Shown here: positions 16,947 to 26,870 of the stretch, piece after piece
Layout: each line of letters starts with the position of its first letter
Position numbering within the stretch: the first letter of the stretch is position 1
Assembly: GCA_001822835.1 (NCBI GenBank)
Contig: MHSS01000008.1
Coordinates: 9,039 to 73,038, forward strand
DNA from: Candidatus Terrybacteria bacterium RIFCSPHIGHO2_01_FULL_48_17
Lineage (GTDB): Bacteria > Patescibacteriota > Minisyncoccia > Terrybacterales > 2-01-FULL-58-14
Direction of reading: 5' to 3'
Length of the DNA stretch: 64,000 nucleotides
Translations under genes and position numbers: made by a program
Notes under the pieces: generated by a model
The model's database searches: none
Seen by the model: the letters and a program-made list of their open reading frames with translations, nothing else
What the model was told of the DNA's origin: nothing

Positions 16947-17972
16947 ATGATTCGTGTTGCTATCAATGGATTTGGTCGTATCGGAAGAGCATTCTTTCGT
17001 CAAGCATTTGATCGAACGGATATAGAAATTGTGGCCATTAATGATCTCGGCGATTTTAACAATCTTGCCTATCTTCTTAAATATGACACGGTGTATGGAC
17101 GTTGGAATAAAGTTATCGAAACAATTCCAGACGGAAATAATCCTTCACTCATCATTCAAGGCAAAAAAATCTTAACTTTTGCTGAGCGGGAACCCGAAAA
17201 GCTCCCATGGAAAGAGCTTGAAATTGACGTTGTAGTTGAGGCAACAGGCGTTTTTGCATCAGAAGAAGGTGGGAAAAAACATCTTGCGGCTGGGGCAAAA
17301 CGAGTAGTTATTTCTGCGCCGGCAAAAGGCAACGTGGAGCATGTGCTCATTGGTGCCAATGATGAAAGATTTCAAGATACGACCTTGGGCGCAATTACTG
17401 CAAACGCATCCTGTACCACCAACGCATCAGTACCTCCCATGGCAGTACTTATGGAATATCCAGGGGTCGCAAAAGGGATTTTACAGACCGTACATGCCTA
17501 TACGGCAACGCAAACGATAGTGGATGGGCCCGGCGGTAAGGGTGATTTTCGCAGGGGACGAGCTGCTGCTCAAAATATTATTCCGGCACACACCGGTGCC
17601 GCTGATGCAGTAGTAAAATCATTACCATCGCTGGATGGAATTTTTGATGGCCTTGCGATTCGCGTACCAGTTCCGGTAGGATCCCTTTCGATGCTTACGA
17701 TCCTCGCAAAGCGGAAAACAAGTGTTGACGAAATAAATAATCATTTCCGCAAGGCCGTACAACAGCCCCGATGGAAAGGGATACTTGAAATAACCGAGGA
17801 GCAGATCGTATCCTCGGATATTATCGGCACAACCGCCGCAGCCATTGTTGACCTTACATTTACGCGCGTGGTTGACGGCGACCTGGTCACCGTATTCTCT
17901 TGGTATGATAACGAATGGGCATACTCCCATACTTTAATAGAACATGTATTAAGGGTTGGAAAACGTCTTTGA
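16947..17972 (+). CDS. gap: type I glyceraldehyde-3-phosphate dehydrogenase
   Basis: INGFGRIGR Rossmann motif and catalytic ASCTTNA motif. Confidence 0.9.
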   Translation: MIRVAINGFGRIGRAFFRQAFDRTDIEIVAINDLGDFNNLAYLLKYDTVYGRWNKVIETIPDGNNPSLIIQGKKILTFAEREPEKLPWKELEIDVVVEATGVFASEEGGKKHLAAGAKRVVISAPAKGNVEHVLIGANDERFQDTTLGAITANASCTTNASVPPMAVLMEYPGVAKGILQTVHAYTATQTIVDGPGGKGDFRRGRAAAQNIIPAHTGAADAVVKSLPSLDGIFDGLAIRVPVPVGSLSMLTILAKRKTSVDEINNHFRKAVQQPRWKGILEITEEQIVSSDIIGTTAAAIVDLTFTRVVDGDLVTVFSWYDNEWAYSHTLIEHVLRVGKRL

Positions 17973-17986
17973 GCATAATCCTGCCT

Positions 17987-19279
17987 ATGAAATATATTTC
18001 ATTTTTATTGCTTTGCCTTTTCGTTGTTTCGAGTGCGGCATCAGCGTCTTCTCCCGTCACGCCCGAAACCATACCGAGCCAAACACTGGGACAAAACCAA
18101 TACTATTCCGTAGTATTTGACGCCGAAGGAGAAGCTGCTGTAGCTGCAAAACTCACCTTTGAAAATACTACTGAGACGGCGCTCTCTGAAATCTCGTTTG
18201 AAATTCCGGGCACATCAGTTCGAATTATAAATACGGTAGAGGAAGTTTCAAAAACGCAAAAATGCCTTCGATATGATTATTCGGGATGCGAACCCGACTC
18301 TTCGGGAAAAGAATCATGCGCGTATCCGTGTCTGCAGTACGGATATGATTATCCGGCACCTAATTATTATTTGCTTACCCCCCGTAGCGAGCAGCTTTCT
18401 TCATCAATGAAAGTAACCATACCGCTTATCGCCGCGGTAAGACCCCAGGAACAGTTTTCGATCTTACTCTATTACAAGGCAGAAGGTTATGCGGATAAAA
18501 AACTTGGAGTATTTAAGTTTTCTTTTGAAACGGTAAAAATTCCCTATGATGTACAAAGTGTACGAGTTGCGATCAACGTCCAAGAGGGGCTTTCTTTGGC
18601 AGGAGGCGGGGCGGAAACAAATTATCGCCCTAATTTTTCTGCGGTGGAGAGTGTTGCCCTTCCGGCTGCTGGCGCGCCGGATGCTTCGTTAAACGATTTC
18701 TCACAACGCATCATTTATGAGCAGGGCTTTGTAAAACAAACCTCGGGACTTGACCCTTGGGAATCATTTTCTGTTGACGGAAAATATGCTTCAAATAGCA
18801 TCCTGCTTGCGCTTCCTGTTTTGCTCAATGCGTTGATAGGAATTGCGGTTGTTGCCGTTGTTGTATGGTTCGTTTTTAAAAAAATGCGTCGCGTCATGAT
18901 TCAAAAGCGCGTTTCTAGCACCCTCACATCTCAAACATTTTTCGGAACCCCATGGGTACAAGCGAGTGCCGCAGGTTTTGGGGTGGCATTTATAACTGCG
19001 GTATTCTCGCTTCTTTTAGTTTGGTTTGGAGAGAATATTAACCGTTATGTTTCGTATGGAGCATTTTCAGGGCTTTTTACGGCCTTAATGTTTCTTTCAC
19101 TTATAGGATTCAACCTTCTCGTCTTTTTCGGCGTCCCTCTTTTCTTCTTGCGAAAATACCGTTGGCCGACCGCATTATTAACGCTTACAATAGAGCTCGG
19201 CGCGCTGTTTGTTTTATCGCTTCTATTTCTCTTGCTTCTTAATTCTTTTTCGGGTAATTATCCAGTTCCTTTATATTAA
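17987..19279 (+). CDS. hypothetical secreted/membrane protein (signal peptide plus four C-terminal TM helices)
   Basis: N-terminal MKYISFLLLCLFVVSSAASA, a Cys-containing extracytoplasmic domain, and a hydrophobic C-terminus. Start at ATG 17987. Confidence 0.5.
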   Translation: MKYISFLLLCLFVVSSAASASSPVTPETIPSQTLGQNQYYSVVFDAEGEAAVAAKLTFENTTETALSEISFEIPGTSVRIINTVEEVSKTQKCLRYDYSGCEPDSSGKESCAYPCLQYGYDYPAPNYYLLTPRSEQLSSSMKVTIPLIAAVRPQEQFSILLYYKAEGYADKKLGVFKFSFETVKIPYDVQSVRVAINVQEGLSLAGGGAETNYRPNFSAVESVALPAAGAPDASLNDFSQRIIYEQGFVKQTSGLDPWESFSVDGKYASNSILLALPVLLNALIGIAVVAVVVWFVFKKMRRVMIQKRVSSTLTSQTFFGTPWVQASAAGFGVAFITAVFSLLLVWFGENINRYVSYGAFSGLFTALMFLSLIGFNLLVFFGVPLFFLRKYRWPTALLTLTIELGALFVLSLLFLLLLNSFSGNYPVPLY

Positions 19280-19302
19280 CCAATCAACGAAAACGTTTCG
19301 AC

Positions 19303-19806
19303 ATGAAAATCTATCTAGCTGCTGATCATAACGGTTTCGCCCTTAAAGAAAAAATTAAAAAATGGCTTAATGCATGGGAATATGAATATGAAGACATTGG
19401 TCCGTTCGTATTCGACCCCAAAGACGATTACCCGGATTTCATAATTCCCGCGGCTCGAGCGGTAGCACAAGATCCAGATACCAGACGCGCGATTATTCTG
19501 GGTTTTAGCGGACAAGCAGAAGCAATGACTGCCAACCGCATGAAAAACGTTCGAGCTTCTGTATACTACGGTGAGCCTTCCGCATTATCGGATGTGGGAG
19601 GAAAGCGTACGGACAAACCAAGGGATTTGCTTGTGCTCACAAGAGAAGATAACGATTCAAACATACTCTCGCTTGGTGCCGGATTTCTTTCAGAAAAACA
19701 GGTAAAAGAAGCAATTACGCGATGGCTGAAAGCGCCCTTTACGGGACAAGAACGCCATATCCGGCGCATCAACAAAATAGATCAAGGAATAGGGAATAGG
19801 GAATAG
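19303..19806 (+). CDS. rpiB: ribose-5-phosphate isomerase B (LacAB_rpiB family)
   Basis: MKIYLAADHNGFALKEKI N-terminus. The C-terminal tail QGIGNRE* is encoded by a GGGAATA tandem repeat. Confidence 0.8.
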   Translation: MKIYLAADHNGFALKEKIKKWLNAWEYEYEDIGPFVFDPKDDYPDFIIPAARAVAQDPDTRRAIILGFSGQAEAMTANRMKNVRASVYYGEPSALSDVGGKRTDKPRDLLVLTREDNDSNILSLGAGFLSEKQVKEAITRWLKAPFTGQERHIRRINKIDQGIGNRE

Positions 19807-19844
19807 GGAACACAGCAATTTTTCTTATACCTCATACCTTATAC
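19786..19844 (+). repeat. two adjacent heptamer tandem arrays: (GGGAATA)x3-4 at 19786-19812 and (CTYATAC)x3 at 19824-19844
   Basis: ggaatagggaatagggaatagggaaca overlaps the rpiB stop codon. cttatacctcataccttatac lies just before the rpe start. Confidence 0.8.
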
Positions 19845-19853
19845 TTCAGGCCT

Positions 19854-20516
19854 GTGACCGAGATAATTCCTACCATTCTTGTAAAAACACAAGAAGAAGC
19901 AATGCAGCGCATTAAGATAATCGAAGGGCGACTTCCATGGATGCAAATTGATGTTGTTGATGGCAAATTCGCCCCAAATATTACATGGAGTGATCCTGAT
20001 TTTATTAAAATGCTTGATACCGCAATCCGTTTTGAAATTGATCTTATGGTCGTCGATCCAGAAATACATATAAAACAATGGTCAAAAGCGATTCCCCGAA
20101 TAGGCCGTATATACTTCCATCAAGAAACAGCAGGAAATCGCACGCACATTATTATTGATCAAATTCAAAAAGTAGGAATCGAGGCCGGCATGAGCATTAA
20201 TCCTAAAACAAGAATTGATGTACTATATCCTTTCGCCAAACGGCTTGATGCCGTGTTATTATTAGGGGTAGAACCGGGATTTAATGCTGCTCCCTTTAAT
20301 GAGAAAACGATCAAGAAGGTACAACAATTTCACAAAAAATTTCCAGAGCTTCCTATAACAGTCGACGGAGGAGTAAAACCGAGGATCGCAAAAAAGCTTG
20401 TTGAGGCAGGAGCCACACGCCTTGCTGTTGGCAGCTTTATCTGGAATGGGACAAATCCTCTTATACAACTTAAGGCCCTTCAAGAAGATATTCAACAAGT
20501 AGATCAAAACAAATAA
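19854..20516 (+). CDS. rpe: ribulose-phosphate 3-epimerase
   Basis: (beta/alpha)8 signature IDVVDGKFAPNITWS and ITVDGGV. GTG start. Confidence 0.8.
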   Translation: MTEIIPTILVKTQEEAMQRIKIIEGRLPWMQIDVVDGKFAPNITWSDPDFIKMLDTAIRFEIDLMVVDPEIHIKQWSKAIPRIGRIYFHQETAGNRTHIIIDQIQKVGIEAGMSINPKTRIDVLYPFAKRLDAVLLLGVEPGFNAAPFNEKTIKKVQQFHKKFPELPITVDGGVKPRIAKKLVEAGATRLAVGSFIWNGTNPLIQLKALQEDIQQVDQNK

Positions 20517-20533
20517 CATTTTCTTTATACATT

Positions 20534-21538
20534 ATGGCATACGACATTGTTACTATCGGATCTGCAACGCGCGACGTGTTCATGCGTGCCAAGGATCTTA
20601 TGGTTATTAAGGATGCACGGTTTAAAACGGGCGCTGCCGAATGTATGACGCTTGGCTCGAAAGTAGAAATTTCAGAAATTTTCTATACCATTGGAGGATC
20701 TGCAGCAAATACTGCAATGACTTTTGTTCGCCAAGGTCTTAAAACTGCATGTATCACAAAAGTCGGAAAAGATATTCGGGGAGACGAAATAACCAGAGTG
20801 CTTTTGCGAGCTCGTATTGATACAAGATTCATCAAAAAAGATTCGCGTCATATGAGCCCTTATTCTGTGGTTCTTTTGACCTCAACTGGAGAACGTTCAA
20901 TCTTGGTATATCGTGGAGCCGGCGAATATTTACAAGGAAAAGATATTCCCCAATCCGCGTTTCAAGCGAAATGGTTATATATAACCCACCTTGGAGGAAA
21001 ATCCGCAGAGGCGTTTCCGTGGCTCATTCATAAAGCAAAAAAGCATAACGTAAAAATCGCCATAAATCCCGGCGCAACGCAATTACGGATGCCTCCCAAT
21101 AAACTCCGGCCGCTCCTTAGTTTGATCGATGCGCTTATTTTAAACCGCGAAGAAGCATCGTACCTTACAAAAATACCCTTTCAAAAACCTCATTTAATAT
21201 TTGAAAAACTTAATCGGTGGGTGGGAGGTCTTATTGTGATGACGGATGGACCGAATGGTCTTGTGGTTTCTAACGGAAAATATCGCTGGCACGCAGGCAT
21301 TCTTCATGAACAAAAACGCATAGACCGTACTGGTGCTGGAGACGCATTCGGCTCAGGTTTTATCGCTGGGCTTTCCCAAGGAAAAGATATTCCCCATGCA
21401 ATACAGCTAGGATCAGCAAACGCAACAAGCGTTCTTGAATACATGGGAGCGCAACCCGGTATTCTTTATAAACACGACTCCATTTACAAATGGGGACGAC
21501 TTAAAATTCAAAAAGAAACCATAAAAAACGAAAACTAA
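20534..21538 (+). CDS. PfkB-family carbohydrate kinase (ribokinase / possible PfkB-type phosphofructokinase)
   Basis: IGSATRDVF, GGSAANTA, and C-terminal TGAGDAFGSGFIAGL (anion hole / DTxGAGD). Confidence 0.8.
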   Translation: MAYDIVTIGSATRDVFMRAKDLMVIKDARFKTGAAECMTLGSKVEISEIFYTIGGSAANTAMTFVRQGLKTACITKVGKDIRGDEITRVLLRARIDTRFIKKDSRHMSPYSVVLLTSTGERSILVYRGAGEYLQGKDIPQSAFQAKWLYITHLGGKSAEAFPWLIHKAKKHNVKIAINPGATQLRMPPNKLRPLLSLIDALILNREEASYLTKIPFQKPHLIFEKLNRWVGGLIVMTDGPNGLVVSNGKYRWHAGILHEQKRIDRTGAGDAFGSGFIAGLSQGKDIPHAIQLGSANATSVLEYMGAQPGILYKHDSIYKWGRLKIQKETIKNEN

Positions 21539-21550
21539 GAGGATTTTTAT

Positions 21551-22852
21551 ATGGCTTTGGCTATTCAAAAACTTGCCCAAATCTTAAGAACTCGAGAAGA
21601 AATACTTGAAACATTTGGTATCGCCATGAACAAATTGGTCGGAATAAAGAATGTTTTTGAAGAAATAGCAGAAGAGAACGATTCGCAAGTACGTAGAGCA
21701 CTAGGAGACCTTGGTTTTTCAAAAGATAGTTCGGCCGAAGATGTGTATCATGCGCTTATTACCAAATTGCGACAAACCGATGAAAAAATATCGCAATTTC
21801 TTAATACGCCCACATGCGCGACGCCCTCCGGTTGCAAAACCGTAATCGACTTAGCAAAAACGATCAAAGGAACAACCACTGGTTATTTTTTAAAAAAGGA
21901 AATCGCAGAAACGTTACTACGAAAGAATCCTCCCCAAAATCTCCTAAAGGAACTTGGGGAAAAAACAATCGACGAGCTTTTGCAAGAAAGCTCTGTTTCT
22001 GAAATTTTTCCGGCAATCCGTTTTGCTGAAGACCCCCGCTGGCTCAATGATGTATTTTTTCGACCATACGCATTTTTGACCCCGGATGATTTTGAAGAGC
22101 GCGAGGTATCGATCACCATACTCCCAGAACGTTGGAGAGACATTGGGAAAAAATTTGTCGGAAAAAAACTACACCATATCAGTCATCTTAAAGAATTAGG
22201 CATCATTTTTGTTTTGCCGATTTCTGAAGAAAATCATGGCGGTACTCCCGCAGGAACAACGCTGGAGATATTAACGCTTCTTCTCCATTATCTAAACGAA
22301 GTGCCCTTTTACTCACGAATTTTCAAAAGATTTGCAAAAGATCCAAAGCATTTTGCGTCCCATCTTACCTCTGCGCTCCGTGGTGATGTGCGCGATCATA
22401 TCCCCGACGGGGAACGAGCAGAGAGGCGCTTTCTTATTGTGCAAAGATATCTTGCGAAAGATGATCCATCTGATCCGCGGCTTTTTATTCCACATCTTAA
22501 TCCCGAAGCGGTTCATTGGTCATATGTTATGCGCTCACTTACTGAATTTGGAAAATCGCATCCTGAGCTTGGTTTTGGGTTTTGGGATGGCCTGGACCAC
22601 ATTGGAGATTTTTTCCCTCTTTCAGCAGCTAAAGAGGAAAATATGATGCGGGGAGTTTCAGAAGAAATTTTAGTGCCATTCAATTTTATTGATACACTCA
22701 TTTCACACAATCGTTACTCATCCGTGTTTACAAAATATCTCTACCATCAACAAGAAGCGCTTTGGAACCGCCTATTTAGCGGGTGGCTTGGTAAAGCAAG
22801 AATGGAAGGGATGGTCGAAGATAATTTAGAAAAAGGGTATATAGAAATATAA
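21551..22852 (+). CDS. hypothetical protein (433 aa) embedded in a sugar-phosphate operon
   Basis: Long ORF in the same orientation and tightly packed between the PfkB kinase and fba. No motif recognised. Confidence 0.55.
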   Translation: MALAIQKLAQILRTREEILETFGIAMNKLVGIKNVFEEIAEENDSQVRRALGDLGFSKDSSAEDVYHALITKLRQTDEKISQFLNTPTCATPSGCKTVIDLAKTIKGTTTGYFLKKEIAETLLRKNPPQNLLKELGEKTIDELLQESSVSEIFPAIRFAEDPRWLNDVFFRPYAFLTPDDFEEREVSITILPERWRDIGKKFVGKKLHHISHLKELGIIFVLPISEENHGGTPAGTTLEILTLLLHYLNEVPFYSRIFKRFAKDPKHFASHLTSALRGDVRDHIPDGERAERRFLIVQRYLAKDDPSDPRLFIPHLNPEAVHWSYVMRSLTEFGKSHPELGFGFWDGLDHIGDFFPLSAAKEENMMRGVSEEILVPFNFIDTLISHNRYSSVFTKYLYHQQEALWNRLFSGWLGKARMEGMVEDNLEKGYIEI

Positions 22853-22875
22853 AGGACGACTGGTCCAATGTTCAT

Positions 22876-23742
22876 ATGCACGTAAAAGAATTATTCGCAA
22901 AAGCACATCACGAAAAATTTGCTATCGGTGCATTCAACGTCGCCAATATTGAAACAATGAGAGCAATAGTTGAGGCAGCCGCAGAACTTGCTTCGCCTGT
23001 TCTTATAGAATCGTCTCCCGGAGAAACAAAATGGATGGGGGCACGTAATGTTATTTCGGTTGCGCGAAATTTCTCTTCTGAATATGGTATTCCTATTTTT
23101 GTTAATCTTGACCACGCAGAGACGTTTGATGAGTGCATGGTTGGCATCGAAGCAGGATATGATCTGATCCATTTTGACGGATCGGCTCTTTCTTATAAAG
23201 AGAATATGGAAATTACTAAAAAAGTTGTGTCGGAGGCACACGCAAAAGATCTAATGGTAGAAGCAGAAATTGATCGTATGGCCAGAAAATCTTCCGAGGT
23301 TTACAAAGAACAAATAACTATAGAAGAATTAAAAAAGACATTCTCCGATCCGCAAAAAGTTCGGGAATTTGTTCAAGCAACGAATGTCGATACCATGGCA
23401 ACGCTTTTTGGAAATATCCATGGTATTTTCCCGACACAACCACCACTTGATATTGGGCTTTTACAAAAAATTTGCGAGGTGATACCTGATACCTTCTTAT
23501 CATTACATGGTGGTTCAGGCATTCCAGATTCCCAAGTACAGCAAGCTATAAAAATTGGTGGTGTAGTAAAAGTAAATATTAATACAGAAATGCGATTGGC
23601 CTTTCGACAAACGCTCGAAAAGACATTGCAGGAAAACACCAAAGAGCTTGCGATGTATAAGGTGTTGCCGCCAGTGATTGATGCGGTAAAAGGAGTTGTC
23701 AGAAAAAAAATTAAAATATTTGGGTCGGCAAACAAAATATAG
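22876..23742 (+). CDS. fba: class II fructose-bisphosphate aldolase
   Basis: AFNVANIETMRAIVEAAAELASPVLIESSPGE, NLDHAETFDEC, HGGSGIP motifs. Confidence 0.85.
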   Translation: MHVKELFAKAHHEKFAIGAFNVANIETMRAIVEAAAELASPVLIESSPGETKWMGARNVISVARNFSSEYGIPIFVNLDHAETFDECMVGIEAGYDLIHFDGSALSYKENMEITKKVVSEAHAKDLMVEAEIDRMARKSSEVYKEQITIEELKKTFSDPQKVREFVQATNVDTMATLFGNIHGIFPTQPPLDIGLLQKICEVIPDTFLSLHGGSGIPDSQVQQAIKIGGVVKVNINTEMRLAFRQTLEKTLQENTKELAMYKVLPPVIDAVKGVVRKKIKIFGSANKI

Positions 23743-23858
23743 ATGAAATATGAATTTTACCATCAATACCCTGGAAGGATTTCTAATTCTCTGCGGTGTT
23801 GTCATTTTGCTTGTGAGCGGTGTGCTTTTGTGGGTTCAGCTTAGCATTTTTTAACCTT

Positions 23859-24827
23859 ATGAAGATTTTTATCACCAGACAAATTCCAGAAGATGGCCCA
23901 AAGCTTCTTCGGGAACAAGGTCATGAAGTTATTGTTGCATCCCAGGATGCAGTAATCTCCCGCCCTGCCCTTATTCAAAGCGTTAAAGGGATTGATGCCT
24001 TATTGTCTCTTCTTACTGATAAAATTGACGCCGAGGTCATGGATGCTGCGGGAAAACAGCTAAAAATCATTGCAAACTATGCTGTTGGTTTTGACAACAT
24101 TGACGTTGTGGCCGCACAAGAGCGGGGAATTGTGATCACCAACACACCTGATGTTCTTTCCGAAACCGTGGCAGAACATACCTTTGCCCTTATGCTTGCG
24201 ATTGCTCATCGCATTCCAGAAGCCGATCGTTTCACGCGCGCTGGAAAATATCGTGGCTGGGAACCGATGCTTCTTTTGGGCCGCGACCTTTCACATAAAA
24301 TATTGGGTATTGTCGGTCTTGGAAGAATTGGATCGCTGGTGGCAAAGCATGCCGTAAAGGGATTTGATATGCGCGCACAGTATTATGATGTCAAGCCAAA
24401 TTCTGATTTTGAAAAAGAATACGGAGCCACATATATGCAACTTGAAGATTTATTAAGAGAGGCGGATTTCGTTTCCATTCATGTACCCCTTGTTCCCGCC
24501 ACGCGTCATCTAATTAATGCGGAGCGTCTCAAGATTATGAAATCAAGCGCTTATCTCATTAATACTTCACGAGGTCCAGTAATTGAAGAGATGGTATTAG
24601 TAGAAGCATTGCGGAAGGGAACGATTGCTGGTGCGGCGTTGGATGTATTTGAAAACGAACCTTCGCTAACTTCCGGACTCGCCAACCTTGAAAACGTTAT
24701 CTTGACACCTCACACCGCATCTGCCACAATAGAAACCCGCGGAAGAATGGCTGAGCTTGCCGCACAAAATATTATTGCCGTGCTGTCTGGGAAAGAACCT
24801 CTTACGGCCGTCAAACTAAAATCCTAG
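23859..24827 (+). CDS. D-isomer-specific 2-hydroxyacid dehydrogenase (glycerate/hydroxypyruvate-reductase-like)
   Basis: NAD motif GIVGLGRIGSLVAKHA and catalytic His context LTPHTASAT. Start at internal ATG. Confidence 0.85.
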   Translation: MKIFITRQIPEDGPKLLREQGHEVIVASQDAVISRPALIQSVKGIDALLSLLTDKIDAEVMDAAGKQLKIIANYAVGFDNIDVVAAQERGIVITNTPDVLSETVAEHTFALMLAIAHRIPEADRFTRAGKYRGWEPMLLLGRDLSHKILGIVGLGRIGSLVAKHAVKGFDMRAQYYDVKPNSDFEKEYGATYMQLEDLLREADFVSIHVPLVPATRHLINAERLKIMKSSAYLINTSRGPVIEEMVLVEALRKGTIAGAALDVFENEPSLTSGLANLENVILTPHTASATIETRGRMAELAAQNIIAVLSGKEPLTAVKLKS

Positions 24828-24839
24828 GGCAATTAAGCT

Positions 24840-25541
24840 ATGTTGAGTTTATCAGTAAAACCAAGAGAAGTAGGTAAAAAACTCGGCAACCTTCGAGCCG
24901 CAGGGGATATTCCCGCTGTGGTTTATGGACGTGGCCTTGAAACAAAACCAATAACATTACCCAAAAAAGAATTTTTTAAAGTCCTCAAAGAGGCGGGCGA
25001 ATCAACTCTTATAGAGCTTTTGGGGAACAAAGGAGACAAAAAACAAACAGTTCTTATACGCGAAGTGCAAACACATCCGGCCACGGATGAAATTCTCCAT
25101 GTCGATCTCTATGCGGTACGCATGGATGAAAAGATTCGCGTAACTGTTCCGCTTGAATATGAAAATGAGGCACCTGCGGTAGAGAGAGGAGAGGGTGTAT
25201 TGGTAAAAAATATTCACGAAGTAGAAATAGAAGCGCTTCCTGCATCGCTACCACACAACCTTATAATTGACCTCTCGATTCTTGAGGCGGTGAACGATGC
25301 GATTCGGATAAAAAATATTCCTCTCCCTGCAGGGGTTAAAATATTAGAAGATCTGGAGGAAATTGTTACCATTGTGGCACCGGCAATGTCGGAAGAAGAG
25401 CTTGCGGCATTGGAAACCCCTCCGGAAGAGAAGGTTGAAGAAGTTGAAGTTATTGGAGAAAAAGAGCCCAAAGAGGCAAAAGAAGAAGAAACGGCCGAAA
25501 AAGAACCCACATCAGCAGCCCCAGAAACCAAAGAGCAATGA
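24840..25541 (+). CDS. rplY: 50S ribosomal protein L25 / general stress protein Ctc with acidic C-terminal tail
   Basis: N-terminus REVGKKLGNLRAAGDIPAVVYGRG; low-complexity E/K-rich tail. Confidence 0.8.
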   Translation: MLSLSVKPREVGKKLGNLRAAGDIPAVVYGRGLETKPITLPKKEFFKVLKEAGESTLIELLGNKGDKKQTVLIREVQTHPATDEILHVDLYAVRMDEKIRVTVPLEYENEAPAVERGEGVLVKNIHEVEIEALPASLPHNLIIDLSILEAVNDAIRIKNIPLPAGVKILEDLEEIVTIVAPAMSEEELAALETPPEEKVEEVEVIGEKEPKEAKEEETAEKEPTSAAPETKEQ

Positions 25542-26845
25542 CATTTTCAAAGATCTTATTTCGTGTAAGCTTTCTTGCCCTCACGCTATTTTTTGTGGGG
25601 GCTTTCGTATTTTTTTCACTGGATGCACAAGCCCAGCAAGATAAAATCGAACTTAAACAAAATCTTGAACAAATTGATCAGGAAATTTTGACGCTGCGTT
25701 CAACGATACAAGAATTACAATCGCGCGCTGCGACGCTTGAAGATGAATTATTTCTCCTTGCCCAACAAATTAAACAAACAGAGTTAGAAATTGAGCGAAT
25801 ACAAAAAGATATTGGATTACTTGATGAAAAAATTACCGCTCTTCAGGCCTCAATTACTCAACGAGAACAAAATATTGATCAAAAAAAGAAAGCCATGGCT
25901 TTCTTTTTGCGTGAACTCAATGCGTACGATGCTGTGCCGCCTTTGATACGTATTGCCGGAAGCCCAACATTGCAAAACATTTTTTTAGAAACAACGGCAT
26001 TAGAACAATCGCAGGAAAAACTCATTCTGGGGATTGAAGACATTCGCGAAGAAACCCAAGCGCTTTTACAAGAGCGGGGGCTACTTGAGGAAAAACGTGG
26101 ACAGCAAGAAGAGCTTTTACGTATTGCTGAGCTTGCCGAAGAAGATCTCCGCGTCAAACAATTTAATCGGGAGACCCTTATTGCCGAAACAAAAGGATCT
26201 GAAACAGCCTTTCGACGTCTTGTCTCTCAAAAAACGCAGCAAGCCATATCGATACGTACAGCTCTTTATCTTTTAGAAGATATCGGTGCCAAATTACAAT
26301 TTGGTGAAGCGTATACTATTGCACAACAATATGCTCAGAAAACAAATGTCAGAGCAGCTTTTTTGCTTGCGGTATTACAGAAAGAATCTCGATTAGGAGC
26401 TCGGGTGGGTACCGGAAATTGGCAAACGGATATGCATCCTCGAGATTGGCCGGCTTTTATGGCGATTACTGCTGAGTTGGGGCTCGATCCAAATCAAACA
26501 CCCGTTTCTAAAAAACCTTCATATGGATGGGGAGGCGCTATGGGTCCTGCGCAATTTTTACCCTCCACATGGCTTTCTTGGGAAAGCCGAATTAGCGAAT
26601 TAACCGGCCATAACCCTCCCTCCCCATGGAACGTTGAAGATTCCCTCGCAGCTGCTGCCTTAAAGCTTGCAGCGGCAGGGGCCGATCAACAAACATTTGA
26701 AAACGAGTGGAAAGCGGCTATGATTTATTTTGCAGGCAGCAATTGGGATAATCCCGCCTTTGCCTTCTACGGAGATAGCGTAATGGCACTTTCACATCAA
26801 TTTGAAGAACAAATAAAAATACTTGAAGCCGAAACTTCAAGATGA
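25538..26845 (+). CDS. membrane-anchored coiled-coil protein with C-terminal MltB-like lytic transglycosylase domain
   Basis: N-terminal TM, about 250 aa of heptad repeats, then LQKESRLG...GAMGPAQFLPSTW resembling MltB/Slt35 catalytic motifs. Confidence 0.6.
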   Translation: MTFSKILFRVSFLALTLFFVGAFVFFSLDAQAQQDKIELKQNLEQIDQEILTLRSTIQELQSRAATLEDELFLLAQQIKQTELEIERIQKDIGLLDEKITALQASITQREQNIDQKKKAMAFFLRELNAYDAVPPLIRIAGSPTLQNIFLETTALEQSQEKLILGIEDIREETQALLQERGLLEEKRGQQEELLRIAELAEEDLRVKQFNRETLIAETKGSETAFRRLVSQKTQQAISIRTALYLLEDIGAKLQFGEAYTIAQQYAQKTNVRAAFLLAVLQKESRLGARVGTGNWQTDMHPRDWPAFMAITAELGLDPNQTPVSKKPSYGWGGAMGPAQFLPSTWLSWESRISELTGHNPPSPWNVEDSLAAAALKLAAAGADQQTFENEWKAAMIYFAGSNWDNPAFAFYGDSVMALSHQFEEQIKILEAETSR

Positions 26846-26870
26846 CATGATCCCTTTATGCTCAATTCTG

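Noticed and set aside
25363-25644. 93-aa K/R-rich ORF in an alternative frame
   Set aside because: It is the alternate reading of the GAA/AAG-rich acidic tail of rplY and the start of the next gene.
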